Assembly: GCA_963678315.1 (NCBI GenBank)
Contig: OY782781.1
Coordinates: forward strand, 2,816,001-2,880,000
Length of the DNA: 64,000 nt
Direction: 5' to 3'
Source of the DNA: Candidatus Cloacimonadales bacterium
GTDB lineage: Bacteria > Cloacimonadota > Cloacimonadia > Cloacimonadales > JAFGVF01
Shown here: one piece after another, positions 28,738-39,100 of the stretch
Position numbering within the stretch: the stretch's first letter is position 1
How the letters are laid out: every line of letters begins with the position of its first letter
Notes under the pieces: model-generated
What the model was told of the DNA's origin: nothing
Databases searched by the model: none
What the model saw: only the letters and a program-made list of their open reading frames with translations
Position numbers and translations under genes: made by a program

Positions 28738-30795
28738 TTAGTATTTAACTATCTTTGAGATATAAGAATTAGTTGAAGATTTTACTTTAAGAAAATATAT
28801 TCCAGATGGAATTGCTAAATTACTTTTGTTATCTAAGTTAATTTTAGCGATTCCATCTTTATTATTTAGAAAATAATCTTTGAGCTTCTGTCCTTTAATA
28901 TTATACAATGAAGCCTTCTCAATGTTACCTTTTTTTAGAGATAGCTTTATCTCATTATTAAAAGGATTAGGGTAGATAGAAAGATTATCAATTAATTCAA
29001 TTACTTCATTTGATTGATTAGGAACATCATCTGTGAAGTCACTAATAATCTTTACACCCTCACTTGTTGCAAGTAGTACTGTCGGAGTATCCAGTAAAAA
29101 GTTATGAGATAGGCTTAGCATAGAAAGATTTTCCAAGCCATTATTGAGATAAACAAGATTATTATTATAGTAAGCAGCCACCTTGTTAAAGTATTCAGGG
29201 ACTGCTGTTGGCTTCCAAATTATAAAGATAACTCCTTGAGCATCAGATTCTATGTCTGCCAAATTATCAGTAGGAAAATCATAGTTCCAGTTAATCCCAT
29301 TATCTTCACTTGAGTATAAGCCTTGGTCCTCTCCCTCATTCTTAATACCATAGAACTTTCCATCTTGGTAGTTGTATTCAAGTTTATTAAGCTTCTTATC
29401 TGATGCTTTTCTCCAACCTAACTTAGAATAGAAATAAAGATTTGATTGGATACCACTATACTCTTCACTAGCTGTAAAATAGCCATTACCATCATAGCGC
29501 CATGCTACAGCTTCACCTTGAGGTTCTATCACATAAGGGACTTGGATTCTTTGACCATTTAAAGTGTTCAATATAGAATCTTCACTTCTCTCCCACATAA
29601 ATACATTCTGATAGGTCTTGATTAAGATAAAATTACCATCTGGAGAAATATCTCCACCAGTGGCACCGTAACCATAAAGCACATCAGCAGGAATTTCAAA
29701 AGTTCCTTCATAAGTTGCGGTTACAAGCTGGTCATTATAGGTATAAGGAACTGAAAATAGCCTCTCGAAGTTATCATCATTAGACCCGTTGCGCTTTGTT
29801 ACAATGTAGAAAGTGCTAGTACGTTGGTCGAATATGAGAGTTTCTGAATCGTAAAATTCATTATTAGGATACTCAAAGTTAATAGTCCGACCTTCTTGAA
29901 TAAGCTCTGTAACAGGCTGTTGAGAAGGTGAAACACTTGCTTCTGGGACAACATAAATTTGCTTTATAGGATTGCTAAGTCCATTATCCCCCATGTCAGC
30001 TAGATAGATTTCAGGGCTATTGCTTTGTGGGTTCTTGCCAATAGCAATATCTTCCCAATCCCGATTGCTTATAGCAGGAATAGTGTAAACTCCTAAGTGC
30101 TGACCAAGTTCATTCATGGCATAAAGATGATTTCCACCTCCGGAATCATTCATGGTCCATAAAACGCCAGGATTAGACCTGCTTGCAACTAGACCAGAAA
30201 TCTCAGTTAGTTCATTATGTTCAACCTGACCGAAATTCTGTCTGCTAGCAAACAAAGCATCATCATCTTCACTATTCTTATGATAGATGCCATCAGTAGT
30301 TGCCACTAACTGGAAATCGTCACTGTCTTCAAAAGCAGTAGACTTCTTACGATTAAATTCATTCACTGTTTGAAAAGAAGAATTGTTGTAGACATTCAGC
30401 CCATATTCATAACCTACATAAAGATTGCCGTCCACGCTTGAGCTTTCTAAAAAGTTAGGATTGAAAAACCAATCAACTATCTCTAGACTCTCTGTCTCTA
30501 AATTAGCAATATAGACTCCGTCACTCCATGACCCCGCCCCCAATGTAGCATAAACTTCATTATTATAGACAGCTACATCATTACAAGGTAAATCACCTGA
30601 AGTGTAGAGTCCAACTTCATCAAAATAGTTATACTCAGCAAGACCCTGGTCAGTAGCCATAAATATATTATTGGAAGAATTATCCATAAGCATATCGTAG
30701 ACATGGTATTCAGTATCCCAATAGCTGGTCCATTCATACGAGTAACAAGATCCAAACAGCATAAACAGTATTATTAACATGACAACTCTTTTCAT
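28738..30795 (-). CDS. Secreted beta-propeller-type protein with a T9SS-like C-terminal domain
   Basis: Signal peptide; EISGL...NDSG...DWEDIA...QGEAV module; YPNPFN...YNIKGQK...SGIYF. Confidence 0.75.
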   Translation of the reverse strand: MKRVVMLIILFMLFGSCYSYEWTSYWDTEYHVYDMLMDNSSNNIFMATDQGLAEYNYFDEVGLYTSGDLPCNDVAVYNNEVYATLGAGSWSDGVYIANLETESLEIVDWFFNPNFLESSSVDGNLYVGYEYGLNVYNNSSFQTVNEFNRKKSTAFEDSDDFQLVATTDGIYHKNSEDDDALFASRQNFGQVEHNELTEISGLVASRSNPGVLWTMNDSGGGNHLYAMNELGQHLGVYTIPAISNRDWEDIAIGKNPQSNSPEIYLADMGDNGLSNPIKQIYVVPEASVSPSQQPVTELIQEGRTINFEYPNNEFYDSETLIFDQRTSTFYIVTKRNGSNDDNFERLFSVPYTYNDQLVTATYEGTFEIPADVLYGYGATGGDISPDGNFILIKTYQNVFMWERSEDSILNTLNGQRIQVPYVIEPQGEAVAWRYDGNGYFTASEEYSGIQSNLYFYSKLGWRKASDKKLNKLEYNYQDGKFYGIKNEGEDQGLYSSEDNGINWNYDFPTDNLADIESDAQGVIFIIWKPTAVPEYFNKVAAYYNNNLVYLNNGLENLSMLSLSHNFLLDTPTVLLATSEGVKIISDFTDDVPNQSNEVIELIDNLSIYPNPFNNEIKLSLKKGNIEKASLYNIKGQKLKDYFLNNKDGIAKINLDNKSNLAIPSGIYFLKVKSSTNSYISKIVKY

Positions 30796-30909
30796 TATAT
30801 ACTCCTACTAAGAATTTAATCATAATTTGACAGCTAGCAAATACATTGCCTTCTATTAGACAATATAATTATGTTTTATCTGACAGTCAATAAATCAATA
30901 TTAAAAATG

Positions 30910-30943
30910 AAAAGAGAGACCTAATAAATATCAGGACTCTCTT
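30910..30943 (-). terminator. Intrinsic terminator
   Basis: AAGAGAG-TCCTGAT...ATTAGG-T-CTCTCTT hairpin after the stop at 30966. Confidence 0.55.
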
Positions 30944-30965
30944 GTGTTATATAAAACAAGTTGAT

Positions 30966-32174
30966 TTATAGCTTATAATAACCCATATTAGAAACTACAT
31001 CAACATCTTCTTCTATATCTTCCTCTTTCTCTAGTGAAGTATTAATAACCTCACCTTTATTGATGTTAAGCTTCATTTGTACTAAACCGAATAGTTCTTC
31101 TTTCACTTCAATATCAGCGAAGTTATCAATTTTATTAATCTTTTCAACAAAGGTATCAGGATTGATATCATCAGCAAAGATTAGATCACCGTTGTTAACG
31201 ATATAATAAGCGTTAGGAGCATACTGAAGTTCCAATTGAGTAATAGTTCTATCTCCACTATTAACAAGTAACTTTCCTTCAAAACTAGTGATTTCAATAT
31301 CCTCATTCACTTTTGCTATTAAAGAATCAAGAATATGTTTTGGAACATAAATTCTTTTAGCAGCTAATATTGCTTCAATACCATTATCAATATCTGCAGG
31401 TTCAACTTCAGGATTAATGATGATGCAAGACCTACTGAAAAGTCTCTCAGCCTTATAACGCTTCAAGGTAACTGTATCAATTTCTTGCCATGCTTTAAGT
31501 ATCAAACAATTATCAGGTATTATGGTAATTCTACCTTTGATACCATCTTTTGCTTTAGTCTCAAACATAGCTTGATAAGATTCACGTAGTCTAGCAACTC
31601 CCATTAATTCAATCTTATTAATCTTTTTATTGAAGAGATCAACATCAATATCATTGATAATTGAAACTACTCCCATAACGTCTAGATTGCTATTGTCCTC
31701 CAATGAGTTTAGCCATTGATTAGTAATATCTTTCTTACCTTGAATTCTAACCTTATTCTTCTCTATTTCACGAACCATTCCTGCATTCTTAACAACTTTA
31801 GTTTTAAGGTAACCAATAAGTTCTTTTGGACATTCTATAATTCCAACATTGTAGAGTCCACCAATCTTATCTTTGATTAATTCTGGAGTAACGTCTTCTG
31901 TAACAGTAAGAATACCTACAACCATCTTTTTTAGTGGTTTATCAAGAACTTCCAAAGAGTTCTTAGTAATCTCTATATTACCAATTTCTATTTCATAATC
32001 TTCTGAAAGTTCTTCAACCATTCCTGCATTTGTTATTGATATGTTGTTCATAAAAGGTTTTACTCTTTTTGAATAAAGCACAACACCTGTATTTGATATA
32101 GATGAAATATTCTTTAAAGTTTCTTCACTAGCAAATCTAATATCTACTGCACCAACATTCTTAATCTTTTTCAT
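30966..32174 (-). CDS. Hypothetical cytoplasmic protein with internal N-x-G-hydrophobic repeats
   Basis: 402-aa ORF with an AAGGAG RBS; recurring NVGAV/NTGVV/NAGMV/NVGII motifs. Confidence 0.8.
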   Translation of the reverse strand: MKKIKNVGAVDIRFASEETLKNISSISNTGVVLYSKRVKPFMNNISITNAGMVEELSEDYEIEIGNIEITKNSLEVLDKPLKKMVVGILTVTEDVTPELIKDKIGGLYNVGIIECPKELIGYLKTKVVKNAGMVREIEKNKVRIQGKKDITNQWLNSLEDNSNLDVMGVVSIINDIDVDLFNKKINKIELMGVARLRESYQAMFETKAKDGIKGRITIIPDNCLILKAWQEIDTVTLKRYKAERLFSRSCIIINPEVEPADIDNGIEAILAAKRIYVPKHILDSLIAKVNEDIEITSFEGKLLVNSGDRTITQLELQYAPNAYYIVNNGDLIFADDINPDTFVEKINKIDNFADIEVKEELFGLVQMKLNINKGEVINTSLEKEEDIEEDVDVVSNMGYYKL

Positions 32175-32185
32175 TTTATTCTCCT

Positions 32186-32329
32186 TTATCTCCAGATGTG
32201 GTTTTCTTCTCTTATCTTTTGTAATTCATTCAATTCTTCTTCTGATAACTCTTCCGCATCATTCGTTCGATTGTAAGGTATAATATGACTCACAATCCAC
32301 TCACCTAAACTTAGTAATCTGTATTCCAT
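32186..32329 (-). CDS. Small 47-aa protein absent from the ORF track
   Basis: MEYRLLSLGEWIVSHIIPYNRTNDAEELSEEELNELQKIREENHIWR; AGGAGAAAGGA RBS; overlaps the sigma 3' end and its stop abuts the RBS of the next gene. Confidence 0.7.
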   Translation of the reverse strand: MEYRLLSLGEWIVSHIIPYNRTNDAEELSEEELNELQKIREENHIWR

Positions 32330-32793
32330 TTCCTTTCTCCTGCATACATCCTAAGCTTTTTCAATATCTTTGTTAGTTTCCATCTGACTGTAGAAGCAGG
32401 AACTTCAAGTTCTTTAGCTACTTCTTTAGAATTCATACCTAGCCAGTATCTACAATGTACAATTTCTCTTTCTTCTTCATCTAATTTGTCCAGTAGCTGT
32501 TCGACATATACTTCGAGTTCTGGATTAAAGTTAGATTTTTCTTGAACATCGCTAACAATGTTTAGAAGTTTTTCCTTACGTTTCTTATCAATTAGAATAT
32601 TCTTTATTACCTTAAAAAGCCAGCTTCTTACTTGAGATGATTTTAATTGCTTTATCAACAAGGCATTATTAATAATTTTTAGATAACAATCTTGAACAAT
32701 GTCGTCAGCCAAACTCTCATCTTTAGTGATGGAGAGTGCATAACATCGCATCATGTCATCATATTTATCAATAATCTCATCTAATATTTGCAT
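32311..32793 (-). CDS. ECF RNA polymerase sigma factor
   Basis: ADDIVQD...SWLFKVIKN region 2 and S.KEVA.ELEVPASTVRW region 4; GAGGTG RBS before the ATG at 32793. Confidence 0.9.
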   Translation of the reverse strand: MQILDEIIDKYDDMMRCYALSITKDESLADDIVQDCYLKIINNALLIKQLKSSQVRSWLFKVIKNILIDKKRKEKLLNIVSDVQEKSNFNPELEVYVEQLLDKLDEEEREIVHCRYWLGMNSKEVAKELEVPASTVRWKLTKILKKLRMYAGERKWNTDY

Positions 32794-32816
32794 TGTATCA
32801 CCTCTTTTCATAAACT

Positions 32817-32846
32817 AAGACGTATTAGAGAACAAAAGTGTTGGTA
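32817..32846 (-). promoter_or_regulatory. Candidate autoregulatory ECF promoter
   Basis: ccAAC-N17-CGTc on the minus strand just upstream of the sigma gene. Confidence 0.6.
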
Positions 32847-32975
32847 CTTTTTGAAATAATTTTACATATAATAGAAAATTCTTGTAAAGGAATATAAATC
32901 CCAATGATAATTAAATTGACAAAGTTTGATTTAAGTTAATAATTATCATTAAGTTAAAAGAGGAAAGGAGTATTC

Positions 32976-33440
32976 ATGATTAAGTTACTTGTATTTTTAC
33001 GATATTTCATCATCTTTGTGGCAGTATTCATGGGATTTTATTATTTAGAAATCAACAAAGAAATAACTATGAAGATAGTTGTTGGAGGAATGGTTGGCTG
33101 TGTTGGACTATTAAGCTTCGTAACTCACGTTATCTTTCATAAGGCTGATGCAAAAAGGCTTGGATGGCAGACTGATAGACCTGACTGGCAATTTGAAGTA
33201 GGCTTTGCAAACTTAGCATTCGGAATTTCTGCCTTATTATCTCTTACTTCTTATCTACCAGCTAGATCTGGCATAGTTATAACCATAGCCTATGCACTTT
33301 ACCTTTTTCAGGCAGCTATTCTCCATGGAATTAGAGCACTTCAATCAACACCAATAAAGCTAAAGAAATTAATTCTTAGTTCAGGACTAACATTCGTATT
33401 TGTTTTCTTCATGATCTACTTCACATGTCTCACCTATTAG
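32976..33440 (+). CDS. DUF6790-like membrane protein
   Basis: Four TM helices; LGW....WQFEVGFANLAFG motif. Confidence 0.7.
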   Translation: MIKLLVFLRYFIIFVAVFMGFYYLEINKEITMKIVVGGMVGCVGLLSFVTHVIFHKADAKRLGWQTDRPDWQFEVGFANLAFGISALLSLTSYLPARSGIVITIAYALYLFQAAILHGIRALQSTPIKLKKLILSSGLTFVFVFFMIYFTCLTY

Positions 33441-33871
33441 AACTTTAATCTCTGACTTAACTCCCACAAGGCTGTCTTATTGCTGTCATACTTCAACATT
33501 TCCATAGCTTGATCATAGCTAACCCAGCTATATTCTGAATGTTCATCTGAGATAGTAACTTCTTGCTCTACTAGCTCTATGGCGAAGCTATGTTCTGTGA
33601 CAGTATAAACATTCTCTGGCCAATCTTGCTTAAATATATCAGCCCTCACCGAGCACATTGAATCTAGTGATATTATCTGCTTATAATTCACTATTTGAGC
33701 CTCTTCCCTACACTCTCTTATTGCCGTTTCAAGATAAGTTTCATTATCTTCAACCCCTCCAGCAATCCATTGCCATATCTGTGCCCTCTTGCGCTTGAAG
33801 ATAGCAAACTTCATCCCTTGATCTGTTTTTAGATATGGAATCACTAATACATTATGCGGTTGTCTTCCCAT
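33437..33871 (-). CDS. NUDIX pyrophosphatase (NudB-like)
   Basis: WQWIAGGVEDNETYLETAIRECREE Nudix box and SDEHSEYSW; start at 33871 with an AAGGA RBS. Confidence 0.88.
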   Translation of the reverse strand: MGRQPHNVLVIPYLKTDQGMKFAIFKRKRAQIWQWIAGGVEDNETYLETAIRECREEAQIVNYKQIISLDSMCSVRADIFKQDWPENVYTVTEHSFAIELVEQEVTISDEHSEYSWVSYDQAMEMLKYDSNKTALWELSQRLKF

Positions 33872-33949
33872 TAAATTTCCTTTATTTATTTTTCTTAATG
33901 CAATCATTGACAGATTACCCTTGTTTAAGAAACATAAATTGAGGATATT

Positions 33950-34474
33950 ATGAAAAATAGTCAAGCAAAGATTCAAGTTTATACAGGTAATGGAAAAGGC
34001 AAAACTACAGCTGCAATAGGTTTAGCTATTAGAGCAGTTGGACATGACTTAAAGGTTTTTATTGGTCAGTTCATGAAAGGTAGCTTTTATGGAGAACTCA
34101 GAACCCTAGAAGATATTCCAAACATTGACATAGTTCAATTTGGAAGTCCTGATTGCATTAGAAAAGAAGATGTTACAGAGTTTCATAAGAAGAAAGCAGA
34201 GGAAGGTTTAGCCTATTGCCATAGAGCGATTAGCAGTGGAGAATATGATCTAGTTATTCTTGACGAAATAAATGTTACTATCTGGTTTGAGCTCTTAGCT
34301 TTAGAAGATGTCTTAGTTATTATCAAAGATAAGCCTAATAATGTTGAGCTAGTCCTTACAGGTAGATACGCTCCTCAAGAAATCATCAATATAGCTGATT
34401 TAGTTACTGAGATGAAAGAGATAAAACACTACTATTCTCATGGCATAGAAGCAAGAGATGGAATAGAAAGATAG
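33950..34474 (+). CDS. cobO: Cob(I)yrinic acid a,c-diamide adenosyltransferase (CobO/BtuR)
   Basis: YTGNGKGKTTAA, QFMKG, ILDEI, LTGR and IKH motifs. Confidence 0.93.
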   Translation: MKNSQAKIQVYTGNGKGKTTAAIGLAIRAVGHDLKVFIGQFMKGSFYGELRTLEDIPNIDIVQFGSPDCIRKEDVTEFHKKKAEEGLAYCHRAISSGEYDLVILDEINVTIWFELLALEDVLVIIKDKPNNVELVLTGRYAPQEIINIADLVTEMKEIKHYYSHGIEARDGIER

Positions 34475-35950
34475 TTATTTTAGAAGTAATATTTTTGACG
34501 TTTTAACTTGTTTTTTTGTTTTTACTTTAACAAGATATAGTCCGTTTGCAAAGCCATTCAAAGAAATACTTTCGCCTTTATTTCTAACACTAAGTGTTCT
34601 TAGTTTCTGCCCTTTAACATTGTATATTTCCACTTTTTGCAAAGAATCATCAGCTTCAACTCGTAAATGTTGATTTTTTCCAACAACAGAAGGATAAACA
34701 TAGACTTCTGGAACCATAGGAGACAAGTCATCAGAGTTAGGTGTTGCATCTAACCATTGTTCAATTACTTGAAAGACACCTTCTTCTAAGTCGTAAAAAC
34801 TATTTCCTTGGGCATAATTAGCACCATTAGTGATAAAGATAATCCCTATATCTCTTTCAAGATTATAGTACATATCACTTATAAGACCATAAGCTTCCCC
34901 AGCATGACCAATAAAAAGCTCTCCAGTAAACAAATCATAAGTTCTTTGAAGCTGTAATCCCATTTCCGTAAAGAAGCCACCTAAGCCAGATCCGTTCCAG
35001 TTGATATCTTCCATTAAGCCTATAGTGAAAGGAGATAATACTTCAACATCTCCATAATTCCCCCTATTCTTATACATAATAAGAATTTTTGCTAAGTCTT
35101 GTCCGCTTATTCTTAAGTTTCCCTGTGGACCATACATCAAAGCATTAGAGCCTATTGGCATATTATCATAGTCTAACTCCGTAGGAGTCACTCCATTATA
35201 GTCATCAACTTGTGCTTGAGGATTTCCCCCATAAATTCTATATAATACTGCTAAATCATTAATATCTGAAAGATTAGAGAAGTTACCCCAACAATAATCA
35301 ATATCCAGCGGTTCAAATAGTATTTCATCAAGATAATCATGAAAATGCTGATTACTCACACTTTCTATAATAGTGGCTAAAACACCAGAGCCCAAATTAG
35401 AATAGTCCCAGCCTGAAAAGCTTCCAGGAGCATGAGTACTTGACCACACATTGCTTTGATAATACTGTCCAGAAGCTAAGAACAACTCTGATATACTAGG
35501 GGGATTATTGTTATAAGAAGCTGATTGAAAATTGCTATATCCATTACCGTCTCTGATTGATGAGATATGAGTCATAATATCTCTTACGGTAATTTCAACT
35601 TCCGGGAAGTTAGGGTTTCTAAACTCAAATCCAAGATAGCTAGAAACATCTGTGTCGAGTTCTAACAGACCTTCTTCAACCAGTTTCATAGCTCCAATAG
35701 CAGTAATAATCTTCGATATCGAAGCTATTCTATATTTCGTATTAGAATTAACTCTTAACTGTCTTTCATAGTCTCTAAAGCCAAAAGAAAATTCATGACT
35801 ATCATTGCCTTCAACTAATAAAACTGTTGCTCCAATTGTATCATATTCTTGTATTACATCAAATAACCTTGCATCTAAATCATTATAATCCTGACCATTA
35901 AGCAAGCACGAAATAAGCAAAAGCATTATCATTAATATATATTTTATCAT
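34475..35950 (-). CDS. Secreted serine hydrolase (beta-lactamase/peptidase S12 family) with a T9SS-like C-terminal domain
   Basis: SISK (SxxK), YSN and HAG motifs; C-terminal YNVKGQK...NGLY. Confidence 0.88.
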   Translation of the reverse strand: MIKYILMIMLLLISCLLNGQDYNDLDARLFDVIQEYDTIGATVLLVEGNDSHEFSFGFRDYERQLRVNSNTKYRIASISKIITAIGAMKLVEEGLLELDTDVSSYLGFEFRNPNFPEVEITVRDIMTHISSIRDGNGYSNFQSASYNNNPPSISELFLASGQYYQSNVWSSTHAPGSFSGWDYSNLGSGVLATIIESVSNQHFHDYLDEILFEPLDIDYCWGNFSNLSDINDLAVLYRIYGGNPQAQVDDYNGVTPTELDYDNMPIGSNALMYGPQGNLRISGQDLAKILIMYKNRGNYGDVEVLSPFTIGLMEDINWNGSGLGGFFTEMGLQLQRTYDLFTGELFIGHAGEAYGLISDMYYNLERDIGIIFITNGANYAQGNSFYDLEEGVFQVIEQWLDATPNSDDLSPMVPEVYVYPSVVGKNQHLRVEADDSLQKVEIYNVKGQKLRTLSVRNKGESISLNGFANGLYLVKVKTKKQVKTSKILLLK

Positions 35951-36046
35951 TATTTATTATCCTCACTAACATAATCTAAGAAGAGAATATCTTGTCTAGT
36001 GAATTCCGCACGCTAGAAGCATGTGATCCAAAACAGTAGCTTTCCT

Positions 36047-36086
36047 TACTAGCCTCCTGCATTAAATGACTTTTTAATGGAGGAGG
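36047..36086 (-). repeat. Stand-alone terminal hairpin module of the composite repeat (copy D)
   Basis: The reverse complement, CCTCCTCCATTAAAAAGTCATTTAATGCAGGAGGCTAGT, matches the ends of copies A and B. Confidence 0.75.
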
Positions 36087-36111
36087 TCAATAAGTTTAAG
36101 CTGTTTTTAGC

Positions 36112-36143
36112 AAAAAAAAGAGGTGCTACAAAAGCACCTCTTT
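36112..36143 (-). terminator. Intrinsic terminator of the glucan operon
   Basis: AAAGAGGTGCT/AGCACCTCTTT stem plus a U-tract. Confidence 0.8.
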
Positions 36144-36159
36144 GGGTATCAGCATCATC

Positions 36160-39100
36160 TTATTTCAGTGTTACGTATATTTTCTCTACTTGCCTATCTC
36201 TAATTGCTTCTACAATATCTCCTGAGAGCTTAGAATCATTATAAGTTTTTTCTGAACCATTCAAGAAAGTAATTTTATATGAAGTAATTTTAGCTTTATC
36301 TTGGCCATAAGTATTTTTACGTTGCGGATTATGATAAGTTACTAATATCTTTCCTAAGAAGATAAAACTGAAGCTATCTTTATCAACAAATTCTTCTTCA
36401 AGTTTTCCATTCTTATAGAGTTTCACTCTCTTTTCTTCATTGGTAAATAGCCAGCTAGGTAGAACAGGACTTAAACTAAACTCAAGTTGATTATTTAGGG
36501 TAAATGGGGTCTTACCTTGAATCATTATAAGCAAAATATTAATGAATTCTGCTGTTGCTCCACTAAGTCTTGCCACATAACCACCACCATGAATATCTGG
36601 ATCTGGGTTTGCTGAAGAAACAATGAATGATGAGTTTTCTAAGATACTTCGACCATACATCTCAGGCTTCAAGAATGGAATAAGAACTTTCTTGAAATCA
36701 TGGAAGAAATCCTCATAAAGACCACTCTTAAGCATTTCAAGAATATATTTATATTCCATGTGTAGCCAAATAGATTCATTTTCAAACCAACCAGGTGAAA
36801 ATGTTCTTGCTCTTCCAATTTCATCAGGTTCTGTATCTAGGCATTCATTTACCTTGTACATGTTTAGCTTTCTATCATAGAGACCGCTCTGACGGATATT
36901 CTTTACTAGTTGTCTAGATTTTTCAATATTTTTATTAGAACGTAGATAGTGGACTGGTCCTTCTAAGAACAAAGGTAAAGCCCTATGTCTAAACTTTGTA
37001 ACCTTATAGCAGAGAAATCCTTTAGGGCTGGTTTTAGGAGTCTTTGTATTTCCCTTACCTTCTTCGATTATGTGATAGTCTTCAATTTCATTCACAAAAT
37101 AAGAAGAGATAATACCTTTTTCTTTATCCCAAGCTTTTTCAATAGCTAGGTTAAGTTTATCCAATCCAGCATTTAGGAAATCCATTAGATAGCTTTTCTT
37201 AACATACACTTCTTCTCCGGAAATACCAAGTCTAGTTCTTTTACGATACTCTTCTTTCAAGCTAGAAGCATTATCCCAAAAGTCAAAAGCATTCAGCTTG
37301 TGTTTAGTTAGTGATATATAAGAATTTATAAAATCGTACATTTCTGTGAAGATAGCAAATGAAGCATTGATATCATAGAATTCATCTAAGCTTTCTATCA
37401 AGAATTGAATATTACGTTTTATTTCAAGCGTTTCATTCAGACTAGAACCAATAATTCCTGGTAAACCATTAAGGGCATCATACCAGTTAGGTTTATCAGA
37501 TTCCATCTCAACGCCAACACCTTCAGAATCTAAAGAAGTAAGCTTGTTTATAACAATATTAAGCATCTTGTTGAGGAGATTTGTATGATAAATCTCTTTT
37601 GTTCCATAGCCTGTTCTTACAAGATTGGGGTTAGATTCACGTTGGCCTATTAGATTCTCTTTCTCAGTATCTAAAGCAACAGAGTCTAATTGCATTGGCC
37701 TGTCATTCCAGATAACATATTTTTCATCCCTTGGTTTAACGGTATGAGGGTTATCATAGAAAGTAAATACTTTATCTTCAAACAATATGCTCTTTTTATT
37801 CTCAGGGTAGACTGCTAAGTAATTCTCAAGTAAATCTAGATTGTAAGTCCAATGGTCAGTCCAATAGCCTTCACCATGCTCTGTTCCATACTCTTTATGA
37901 CAGCATTCCAGAATTTCTCCCATGAAATCATCTGTTGTTTTCGGAAGATCAAGAGTAGATTCTTTGAGATATTCCATAAATTCACCTGGTGTAAAAGGCT
38001 TCTTTAAGAAGTCAAGGATAGCACTACAATCATCACAATTTAGATACTTACTCAGAACTGAACTAAGTTTAACTTTATCCTGAATAGTAAATCTAATTTC
38101 TTTGATAACCAAAGGATTAAATCCATCTAACTGGATTAAATTATAGAATTGGATGAGATTACTCTCTTTAACATCTGGATTAAAGAAAAGATCACTTCGT
38201 CTATTCTGATTAACATCTCTATAGTTACCATTACCTTGAGAATATTGTGTTGCTTTCAATCTAAAGTCATTATAATCTCTTTCTAAGTCACCATGTTTCC
38301 TAGAATATAGGTGCAAGGTCGTTGTCTTTTCCTTTCCTTTAAATGAGAATGGAAAACCACCTCTTAGAGCATTATCCAAGAAATTAGTTCTAGCATAGTT
38401 ATTAAAGATTGGATCATCACTAAGGATGAAGTTATTCTGAGTTAATTCTCTGATGATACGTCTATTCTCTGCATCTTTCTTGTTAACATAACTGTTCTTG
38501 CTAATGGTAGGGATTAATAGGTTAAGCTCTTCAACTGAAGCTGCTTGACCAATAATAGTGGTAACTTCATATTCTGAATGTGGAGCAATGCGCCTTTTAA
38601 ATCTGCCCATTGCACAAGGTAATCTATTCTCTAATATTTGATTGTCAGCTATTTCATCATAAGTCTTAGCTAAAAAGTTTTCAGGGTAATTATAGTCGCC
38701 TCTAATTCCAAAGACCTTTACTGGATCAACTATTGGTGTAAGTAACTTACTAGTAGAATCTTCACTTTCAAAAGCAAGATAGAAGTTACCTTTCTTAACC
38801 TTTATAACATCAGGGGTGTCACTAGGTAAAACTTTACTCTTAAAGAAAGGAGCTTTATTCTCGTGATTAACAACTTCTACAAAAGCTTCAAACAGACGCC
38901 TAAGATTCTTTAAACCAAAGTTGTTTATACCGTAAGGTACTATCATAGGAAGACCATCTAATCCTTCCAAGTCTATTGCTTTATCGTTTAAATTCTTTAT
39001 CTTTAGCTTTCTAATTAAGCCTGCAAACTTGTCCTGAGGAACATTAAAATACTCAACTGAGAACTGCAATCCTAAGGTCTTGTTTTTCTCAACAAGTGTT

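Noticed and set aside
33872..33949. Possible cobalamin riboswitch before cobO
   Set aside because: The gap is only 78 bp and AT-rich, with no B12-box.
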